A DNA stretch of 24,000 nt, from contig NZ_CP197354.1 of NCBI RefSeq assembly GCF_052147955.1, positions 26,956 to 50,955 of the forward strand, in the 5' to 3' direction. The translations under genes were made by a program, and so were the position numbers. Source of the stretch: Pseudomonas sp. NUPR-001 (GTDB lineage Bacteria; Pseudomonadota; Gammaproteobacteria; Pseudomonadales; Pseudomonadaceae). This document shows, one piece after another, positions 1 to 6,701 of this stretch; within the stretch, counting starts at the first letter, position 1; every line of letters starts with the position of its first letter. The notes under the pieces were generated by a model. The model searched no databases, was not told the origin of the DNA, and saw only the letters and a program-made list of their open reading frames with translations.

Positions 1-620
1 AACTGTTCCTGTTGCCACGAGCATATTTTTACACCCGTAAGATCAATCTTTCGAGGATCTAAACCATAAAGCTCTGAATGGCTTAAATCACAGCCTTGTA
101 CTCTAAACTGTTCCCAGCAGTCTTCCGAAAAAACACCACGGCTTAAATCTGATTCTTTAAATGAAGCGCCTCGAAGATTTGCACCAATCCATCTATTTTC
201 GAACAGGTCACATTTTTCAATAAGCTGCTGCTCAAAATTGGCATAGGATAAGTTACAACCTGTTATGTATGCAGAACAAAAGTACATTTTATTCGAAACC
301 TGATTTACAAAACTAACTTGACTAAAATTTGCTCCTTTAAGATCACAATCTCTCAGTTCAATACCAAAGCAATTTGCCCCCTTAAAATGGGACATTGAAA
401 GCTGACAGTTTTTAAATGAAGCATCTCGAAGATCAGCATAAGAAAAATCGCACCCTTCCAATGCCCCCTGCTCTATGAAAGTACAGTTAATGAACTGTGT
501 ATCTCGGAGGTTTGAGCGCTTAAAATTACAATGTATAAAAGTACAATTGCTAAAGATATGTTCTTGCAAGTCCTGATGTGAGAAGTTCACTTGATTATAT
601 AATTGCTTTGATTTTTCCAT
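1..620 (-). CDS. qnrVC: QnrVC-type pentapeptide-repeat quinolone-resistance protein (first 206 codons; 3' end runs off the left edge of the window)
   Basis: My minus-strand translation from ATG 620-618 reads MEKSKQLYNQVNFSHQDLQEHIFSNCTFIHCNFKRSNLRDTQF...CSAYITGCNLSYANFEQQ...GASFKESDLSRGVFSEDCWEQF. This is pentapeptide-repeat architecture and matches my recollection of QnrVC. GGAG lies 8 nt upstream of the ATG. The gene sits as a cassette at attI1. The allele number cannot be assigned by eye. Confidence 0.9.
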   Translation of the reverse strand, partial: MEKSKQLYNQVNFSHQDLQEHIFSNCTFIHCNFKRSNLRDTQFINCTFIEQGALEGCDFSYADLRDASFKNCQLSMSHFKGANCFGIELRDCDLKGANFSQVSFVNQVSNKMYFCSAYITGCNLSYANFEQQLIEKCDLFENRWIGANLRGASFKESDLSRGVFSEDCWEQFRVQGCDLSHSELYGLDPRKIDLTGVKICSWQQEQ

Positions 621-833
621 GCTGTGGCTCCAAAAAACATTTGATTTGAAGACTATCATTTACCTGAAAGTTCTCAACAAAAACAAAACCAATAAAAACA
701 GAAACTTAAAACACCCCGTTTTAGCCAAAATAAGGCATCAAAACGGCATTTTAAAGGTGGCTAATTCGAAACGACCGATGCGGCCAGCCAGAAGAAAGTT
801 TCAGTGAATCTGGCTTGTTTTAGAGAAAGCACA

Positions 834-895
834 TAACTTTGTTTTAGGGCGACTGCCCTGCTGCGTAACATCGTTGCTGCTCCATAACATCAAAC
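834..895 (-). other. attI1: attI1 recombination site of a class 1 integron; cassette junction at GTTA (minus strand, 837-834)
   Basis: The minus strand reads ...GATGTTATGGAGCAGCAACGATGTTACGCAGCAGGGCAGTCGCCCTAAAACAAAGTTA|TGTGC, the canonical 5'-CS/attI1 sequence. Sequence beyond GTT is cassette DNA. Confidence 0.85.
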
Positions 896-917
896 ATCGA
901 CCCACGGCGTAACGCGC

Positions 918-960
918 TTGCTGCTTGGATGCCCGAGGCATAGACTGTACAAAAAAACAG
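918..960 (+). promoter_or_regulatory. PintI1 (-35 TTGCTG 918-923, -10 TAGACT 941-946, 17-bp spacer) with an overlapping LexA box CTGTACAAAAAAACAG (945-960)
   Basis: Hexamers and the CTGT-N8-ACAG motif were read directly. The arrangement is the published SOS-regulated intI1 promoter. Confidence 0.8.
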
Positions 961-969
961 TCATAACAA
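944..969 (-). promoter_or_regulatory. Integron P2 position in its inactive form (TTGTTA-14 bp-TACAGT, no GGG insertion)
   Basis: The minus strand reads TTGTTATGACTGTTTTTTTGTACAGT. The spacer counted is 14 nt, whereas active P2 needs 17. Confidence 0.75.
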
Positions 970-972
970 GCC

Positions 973-1986
973 ATGAAAACCGCCACTGCGCCGTTACCAC
1001 CGCTGCGTTCGGTCAAGGTTCTGGACCAGTTGCGTGAGCGCATACGCTACTTGCATTACAGCTTACGAACCGAACAGGCTTATGTCCACTGGGTTCGTGC
1101 CTTCATCCGTTTCCACGGTGTGCGTCACCCGGCAACCTTGGGCAGCAGCGAAGTCGAGGCATTTCTGTCCTGGCTGGCGAACGAGCGCAAGGTTTCGGTC
1201 TCCACGCATCGTCAGGCATTGGCGGCCTTGCTGTTCTTCTACGGCAAGGTGCTGTGCACGGATCTGCCCTGGCTTCAGGAGATCGGAAGACCTCGGCCGT
1301 CGCGGCGCTTGCCGGTGGTGCTGACCCCGGATGAAGTGGTTCGCATCCTCGGTTTTCTGGAAGGCGAGCATCGTTTGTTCGCCCAGCTTCTGTATGGAAC
1401 GGGCATGCGGATCAGTGAGGGTTTGCAACTGCGGGTCAAGGATCTGGATTTCGATCACGGCACGATCATCGTGCGGGAGGGCAAGGGCTCCAAGGATCGG
1501 GCCTTGATGTTACCCGAGAGCTTGGCACCCAGCCTGCGCGAGCAGCTGTCGCGTGCACGGGCATGGTGGCTGAAGGACCAGGCCGAGGGCCGCAGCGGCG
1601 TTGCGCTTCCCGACGCCCTTGAGCGGAAGTATCCGCGCGCCGGGCATTCCTGGCCGTGGTTCTGGGTTTTTGCGCAGCACACGCATTCGACCGATCCACG
1701 GAGCGGTGTCGTGCGTCGCCATCACATGTATGACCAGACCTTTCAGCGCGCCTTCAAACGTGCCGTAGAACAAGCAGGCATCACGAAGCCCGCCACACCG
1801 CACACCCTCCGCCACTCGTTCGCGACGGCCTTGCTCCGCAGCGGTTACGACATTCGAACCGTGCAGGATCTGCTCGGCCATTCCGACGTCTCTACGACGA
1901 TGATTTACACGCATGTGCTGAAAGTTGGCGGTGCCGGAGTGCGCTCACCGCTTGATGCGCTGCCGCCCCTCACTAGTGAGAGGTAG
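973..1986 (+). CDS. intI1: Class 1 integron integrase IntI1, full length (337 aa)
   Basis: ORF translation [49 protein letters not shown]...[35 protein letters not shown] is the IntI1 sequence as I know it. It is divergent from the cassette and flanked by attI1 and IRi. Confidence 0.98.
1060..1088 (-). promoter_or_regulatory. Pc: Cassette promoter Pc, weak variant PcW (-35 TGGACA, -10 TAAGCT, 17-bp spacer) inside intI1
   Basis: The minus strand reads TGGACATAAGCCTGTTCGGTTCGTAAGCT. There is no TGN extended -10 (TCG precedes the -10). Confidence 0.85.
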
Positions 1987-2163
1987 GGCAGCGCAAGTCA
2001 ATCCTGGCGGATTCACTACCCCTGCGCGAAGGCCATCGGTGCCGCATCGAACGGCCGGTTGCGGAAAGTCCTCCCTGCGTCCGCTGATGGCCGGCAGCAG
2101 CCCGTCGTTGCCTGATGGATCCAACCCCTCCGCTGCTATAGTGCAGTCGGCTTCTGACGTTCA

Positions 2164-2188
2164 GTGCAGCCGTCTTCTGAAAACGACA
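2164..2188 (-). repeat. IRi: IRi, 25-bp terminal inverted repeat at the integrase end of the class 1 integron (5'-CS boundary)
   Basis: gtgcagccgtcttctgaaaacgaca is the reverse complement of TGTCGTTTTCAGAAGACGGCTGCAC. Confidence 0.9.
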
Positions 2189-2214
2189 ACGGCCCTATCC
2201 AGACGCACGGGAGC

Positions 2215-2350
2215 CGGTTTTCAGGGTGTACGGATAGGGTATACCCTAACTGGATGTCAGGAAAGGCCGCGCCGCACCGTCAGAATAGAGTCTACTTTCA
2301 TATTCTTTGACACCTGCTTGCCAAGGTCACAGATTTCAGCCTGACAAATT
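2215..2350 (+). promoter_or_regulatory. res: res-like resolution region upstream of tnpR (candidate subsites; 14-bp perfect palindrome TAGGGTATACCCTA at 2235-2248; TGTCA/TGACA motifs at 2255, 2308, 2342)
   Basis: Position immediately upstream of a serine resolvase gene. GGTATACCCTAAC-TGGATGTCAG resembles my recollection of Tn21-subgroup res I. Subsite boundaries were not determined. Confidence 0.5.
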
Positions 2351-2366
2351 CAAGGCTTAGGGCGCA

Positions 2367-2981
2367 ATGGAACCAAAAACCAACGTAAGCCCTGCCGCCC
2401 ATCCAGCCCATGGAGGCATCTTGCAGGGACAACGCATCGGTTACGTCCGGGTCAGCAGTTACGACCAGAACCCGGAACGCCAACTTGAGCAGGTCGAGAT
2501 CGGCAAGCTGTTCACCGACAAAGCCTCGGGCAAGGACACCCAGCGTCCACAGCTGGAGGCCATGCTCGGTTTCGTCCGCGAAGGCGATACCGTGGTGGTG
2601 CACAGCATGGATCGCCTGGCACGAAACCTCGATGATTTGCGCCGCCTGGTGCAGAAGCTGACCAAGCGCGGTGTGCGCATCGAGTTCTTGAAGGAAGGCC
2701 TGGTGTTCACCGGCGAGGACTCGCCGATGGCCAACCTCATGTTGTCGGTCATGGGGGCCTTCGCCGAGTTCGAGCGCGCCCTGATCCGTGAGCGGCAGCG
2801 CGAAGGCATCGCCCTGGCCAAGCAGCGCGGCGCGTACCGGGGCCGCAAGAAGGCCCTGTCCGACGAGCAGGCTGCTACCCTGCGGCAGCGGGCGGCTGCC
2901 GGCGAGCCCAAGGCGCAGCTTGCCCGCGAGTTCAACATCAGCCGGGAAACCCTCTACCAGTACCTCCGCACGGACGACTGA
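2367..2981 (+). CDS. tnpR: Serine recombinase/resolvase TnpR of a Tn21-subgroup (Tn1721/Tn1403/Tn1696-like) transposon; the true start may be TTG 2421
   Basis: QRIGYVRVSSYDQNPERQLE...VVVHSMDRLARNLDDLRRLV...MGAFAEFERALIRERQREGIALAKQRGAYRGRKK...ISRETLYQYLRTDD is a classic resolvase catalytic core plus C-terminal HTH. The 18-codon N-terminal extension is atypical. GGAGG at 2412-2416 precedes the in-frame TTG 2421. Confidence 0.92.
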   Translation: MEPKTNVSPAAHPAHGGILQGQRIGYVRVSSYDQNPERQLEQVEIGKLFTDKASGKDTQRPQLEAMLGFVREGDTVVVHSMDRLARNLDDLRRLVQKLTKRGVRIEFLKEGLVFTGEDSPMANLMLSVMGAFAEFERALIRERQREGIALAKQRGAYRGRKKALSDEQAATLRQRAAAGEPKAQLAREFNISRETLYQYLRTDD

Positions 2982-2984
2982 TAC

Positions 2985-4150
2985 ATGCCGCGTCGCTTGA
3001 TCCTCTCGGCCACGGAGCGGGACACCCTGCTTGCGTTGCCGGAAAGCCAGGATGACCTGATCCGCTACTACACCTTCAACGATTCCGACCTGTCGCTGAT
3101 CCGTCAGCGGCGCGGCGACGCCAACCGCCTGGGCTTCGCGGTGCAGCTCTGCCTGCTGCGCTACCCCGGCTATGCGCTGGGCACCGACAGCGAGCTGCCC
3201 GAGCCGGTCATCCTGTGGGTGGCCAAGCAGGTTCAGGCCGAGCCGGCGAGCTGGGCGAAGTACGGCGAGCGGGACGTGACTCGCCGCGAGCACGCCCAGG
3301 AACTGCGCACCTACCTGCAACTGGCTCCATTCGGCCTGTCGGACTTCCGCGTCCTGGTGCGCGAATTGACCGAGCTGGCCCAGCAAACCGACAAGAGCTT
3401 GCTGCTGGCCGGTCAGGCGCTGGAGAGCCTGCGGCAGAAGCGGCGCATCCTGCCGGCGCTGAGCGTGATCGACCGGGCCTGCTCGGAGGCCATTGCGCGG
3501 GCCAATCGGCGGGTCTACCGCGCCCTGGTCGAACCACTCACGGACTCGCATCGGGCCAAGCTGGACGAGCTGTTGAAGCTCAAGGCCGGCAGCAGCATCA
3601 CCTGGTTGACCTGGCTGCGACAGGCACCGCTGAAACCCAACTCCCGGCACATGCTTGAACACATCGAGCGGCTGAAGACATTTCAGCTGGTGGACTTGCC
3701 CGAAGGCCTGGGCCGGCACATCCACCAGAACCGCCTGCTCAAGCTGGCCCGCGAGGGTGGGCAGATGACGCCCAAAGACCTCGGCAAGTTCGAGCCGCAG
3801 CGACGTTACGCGACCCTGGCCGCCGTGGTGCTGGAGAGCACCGCGACCGTGATTGATGAACTGGTCGATTTGCATGACCGTATCCTGGTCAAGCTGTTCA
3901 GCAGCGCGAAGCACAAGCATCAGCAGCAGTTCCAGAAGCAGGGCAAGGCGATCAACGACAAGGTGCGCCTGTACTCAAAAATCGGCCAGGCTCTGCTGGA
4001 AGCCAAGGAAAGCGGCAGCGATCCCTACGCGGCCATCGAGGCGGTGATTCCCTGGGATGAGTTCACCGAGAGCGTCAGCGAGGCCGAGCTGCTGGCCCGG
4101 CCGGAGGGCTTCGATCATCTGCACCTGGTCGGCGAGAACTTCGCCACCCT
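2985..4150 (+). pseudogene. tnpA: Tn21-subgroup Tn3-family transposase tnpA, 5' fragment (codons 1-388 of about 988), cut by the Tn5393 IR; the ORF runs on to a stop at 4187 inside the IR
   Basis: [62 protein letters not shown]... is the typical Tn3-family TnpA N-terminus. Homology ends at ...ENFATL, where the GGGGTCGTTTGCGGG IR begins (4151). Confidence 0.9.
3660..4150 (+). repeat. 491-bp segment of tnpA present twice in direct orientation (second copy 13236-13726), about 96.5% identical
   Basis: Hand alignment gave about 17 substitutions and no indels. The encoded 163 aa are identical. Confidence 0.85.
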
Positions 4151-4231
4151 GGGGTCGTTTGCGGGAAGGGGCGGAATCCTACGCTAAGGCTTTGGCCAGC
4201 GATATTCTCCGGTGAGATTGATGTGTTCCCA
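4151..4231 (+). repeat. Tn5393 81-bp terminal inverted repeat (str end)
   Basis: GGGGTCGTTTGCGGGAAGGGGCGGAATCCTACGCTAAGGC... pairs with 9540-9620 over 81 nt with 1 mismatch. Pairing stops at 4232/9539. Confidence 0.9.
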
Positions 4232-4256
4232 GGGGATAGGAGAAGTCGCTTGATAT

Positions 4257-5093
4257 CTAGTATGACGTCTGTCGCACCTGCTTGATCGCGGCCGCGATAG
4301 CTAGATCGCGTTGCTCCTCTTCTCCATCCGCGTTCCAAGCTGCGGAAAGGCACCCATAAGCGTACGCCTGGTCGAGCAGGCGACGCGGATCGACGTCCAG
4401 CGCACGAGAGAATGCGTCCGCCATCTGTGCAATGCGTCTAGGATCGAGACAAAGGTCGTCTCTGTCAGCCGGATCGTAGAACATATTGGCGGCGCCAAAG
4501 CCCACTTCACCGACCAGACCGACGGGATCTATCACCAGCCAGCCGCGACTGGAGAACATGATGTTTTCATGATGCAGATCGCCATGTAGCCCACGCAGTT
4601 CCGAGGCATTGCTCATCATTTGATCGGCTATAATCGCCGCGTGGACGTAGTCAGTTTGACAACCTGCGTTTTGATCATCGCGCGCCCGCTGAAACAAAGC
4701 TGCAAAGCGATCCCGGATCGGGAGAAGGGCAGAAGGCAGGGGTTCCTCAGATGCGGCATACAGCTTCGCCATTAGTTCCGCTGCAATTTCGGTCGCCTGG
4801 TAGTCGCCGTGCTCGGCAACGATGTGAGAGAGCATTCGCTCCCCGGCATATTCGAGCAACATCAGATTGTTCTCACGACCGAGCAACCGGACTGCTCCCC
4901 TCCCATTGCGCCATACCAGATAGTCGGCCCCGCGCAGTTCATCAGCAATGTCTTCTATAGGTTTCAATCCCTTGACGATTGCAGGAGTCCCGTCTGGCAA
5001 TGAAACTTTCCAAACGAGGCTGGAAAAGGTGTCCGCAATGAGAACAGGTTGCGAAACGTGCCAATGAGCAGGAAAAACAGGCGGCATGAACAT
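4257..5093 (-). CDS. strB: Aminoglycoside 6-phosphotransferase APH(6)-Id (StrB), 278 aa
   Basis: MFMPPVFPAHWHVSQPVLIADTFSSLVWKVSLPDGTPAIVKGLKP...HGDLHHENIMFSSRGWLVIDP... The start ATG overlaps the strA stop by 1 nt (TGATG), as in known strA-strB. Confidence 0.97.
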   Translation of the reverse strand: MFMPPVFPAHWHVSQPVLIADTFSSLVWKVSLPDGTPAIVKGLKPIEDIADELRGADYLVWRNGRGAVRLLGRENNLMLLEYAGERMLSHIVAEHGDYQATEIAAELMAKLYAASEEPLPSALLPIRDRFAALFQRARDDQNAGCQTDYVHAAIIADQMMSNASELRGLHGDLHHENIMFSSRGWLVIDPVGLVGEVGFGAANMFYDPADRDDLCLDPRRIAQMADAFSRALDVDPRRLLDQAYAYGCLSAAWNADGEEEQRDLAIAAAIKQVRQTSY

Positions 5094-5896
5094 CAACCCC
5101 AAGTCAGAGGGTCCAATCGCAGATAGAAGGCAAGGCGTTCGCGGTCGGGGGCTTCGATCCCCAATACATTGAATAGGACAGCGAAGGCGCGCTCTGCTTC
5201 ATCTGGCGCTGCCCAGTTCTCTTCGGCGTTAGCAATCATGAGTGCCAAATCGGCATAGCGATCTGCTGTTCCGAGCCGCCCAAGGTCGATCAGACCCGTG
5301 CATTGAAGAGTTTTAGGGTCCACCATGAAGTTCGGCATGCAGGGATCACCATGGCAAACAACCATATCGGTGCGCTCTTGGTCGAGCCGCACCGGTAGCT
5401 CTCGTTCGACACGAGCCAAAAGATCGAGCTGCGGCGTACTCTTGTCCTCGTCCGGTAAGAAGTCGGGATTGACGGCATTGCGGGACACCACATCAACGGC
5501 GCGTCCGAACATTCGCGACAGCCTGCGCTCAAACGGACATTGATCAACCGATAGGCTGTGAACAGCGCCAAGTTGCTGCCCCATTGACGGCCACGCTTTG
5601 AGCAAATCCGCTCCAGACAGATCAGCCGCCGGTACTCCCGGAATTGCCGTTATCACCAAGCATGCACCCTCCTGTTCCTCCTGCCAGTTGATGACCTCGG
5701 GGCAAGCCACACCTCGACCTTTGAGCCAAATGAGGCGGTCACGCTCTCCAGCGAGCTCACCGCGGCGGGAAGCAGGTGCGATTTTCGCGAAGGCATGCCC
5801 GTCACCACGTCGAAAAACAAAATCACCAGATTCTCCGCCTCTGACAGGCAACCAGTCAGAATGCGATTCACCAAAAAAAATATTAGTTCGATTCAA
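5093..5896 (-). CDS. strA: Aminoglycoside 3''-phosphotransferase APH(3'')-Ib (StrA), 267 aa
   Basis: MNRTNIFFGESHSDWLPVRGGESGDFVFRRGDGHAFAKIAPASRRGELAGERDRLIWLKGRG...VVCHGDPCMPNFMVDP... matches StrA. Confidence 0.97.
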   Translation of the reverse strand: MNRTNIFFGESHSDWLPVRGGESGDFVFRRGDGHAFAKIAPASRRGELAGERDRLIWLKGRGVACPEVINWQEEQEGACLVITAIPGVPAADLSGADLLKAWPSMGQQLGAVHSLSVDQCPFERRLSRMFGRAVDVVSRNAVNPDFLPDEDKSTPQLDLLARVERELPVRLDQERTDMVVCHGDPCMPNFMVDPKTLQCTGLIDLGRLGTADRYADLALMIANAEENWAAPDEAERAFAVLFNVLGIEAPDRERLAFYLRLDPLTWG

Positions 5897-5907
5897 TGGA
5901 GGTTCCT

Positions 5908-6576
5908 TCAGTTTTCTGATGAAGCGCGGAGGTGGCTCAACTTGCGAAAAGAAACGAGTTGCGACGTAAGTCCGAGAACATGCTTTCCATGGTCTCTGAG
6001 CTCGCCTTTGGGACCGACATATCGGTAGAGAGTGACGCGCTCGATGCCGAGTTCCTTGCAGAGATCGGAAACTGAAGTATCGCGCTGGGCCATGGCGGCT
6101 TGCGCGAGACGCACCTGAGCTTTGGTGAGCGCGAATTTTCGTCCGCCCTTGCGACCGCGCGCTCTCGCGGAGGCGAGACCCGCCATGGTGCGCTCTCGGA
6201 TCAGATCCCGCTCGAACTCGGCCAAGGTGGCGAAGATTCCGAACACCATGCGACCGGACGCAGTCGTGGTGTCGATCTGAGCGCCCTTTCCAGTCAGAAC
6301 CCGCAGGCCGATCTTGCGGTCTGACAGCTCCTTCACCGTGTTGACCAGATGGGCAAGCGATCGTCCGAGGCGATCGAGCTTCCAGACCACCAGCACATCG
6401 CCGTCACGCAATGACTTGAGGCAGGCAGTCAAGCCAGGGCGATCATCACGACCGCCGGAAGCAAGATCATCATAGATATTGTCCCGTTCGACACCTGCGG
6501 CGCGCAAGGTGTCGTGCTGCAGGTCGAGAGACTGCGAGCCATCGGCTTTGGAGACGCGGGCATATCCGATCAGCAT
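5908..6576 (-). CDS. tnpR: Tn5393 serine resolvase TnpR (222-aa ORF)
   Basis: MLIGYARVSKADGSQSLDLQHDTLRAAGVERDNIYDDLASGGRDDRPGL...WKLDRLGRSLAHLVNTV...FERDLIRERTMAGLASARARGRKGGRKF... is a resolvase/invertase fold. It is divergent from tnpA. Confidence 0.93.
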   Translation of the reverse strand: MLIGYARVSKADGSQSLDLQHDTLRAAGVERDNIYDDLASGGRDDRPGLTACLKSLRDGDVLVVWKLDRLGRSLAHLVNTVKELSDRKIGLRVLTGKGAQIDTTTASGRMVFGIFATLAEFERDLIRERTMAGLASARARGRKGGRKFALTKAQVRLAQAAMAQRDTSVSDLCKELGIERVTLYRYVGPKGELRDHGKHVLGLTSQLVSFRKLSHLRASSEN

Positions 6577-6701
6577 GTATCACAAACGTTGGTTTGAGGC
6601 GGCGCTTCGGCCACGATTGCATTGACCTCTGGAAATGTATCTCAACCAGCTTCATAAACAAAGCGTCTTGAACGCTATCAGATTTTGAAAAAGGAACATG
6701 T

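Noticed and set aside
619-807. 62-aa plus-strand ORF in the qnrVC cassette leader
   Set aside because: It is Lys/Asn-rich because the DNA is AT-rich. It has no RBS and lies antisense to the cassette leader, so it is not credible.
2298-3920. 540-aa ORF on the minus strand
   Set aside because: It lies entirely antisense to the well-supported tnpR and tnpA. Its Ala/Gly/Leu/Arg/Gln-rich, low-complexity translation is typical of shadow frames in about 65% GC DNA.
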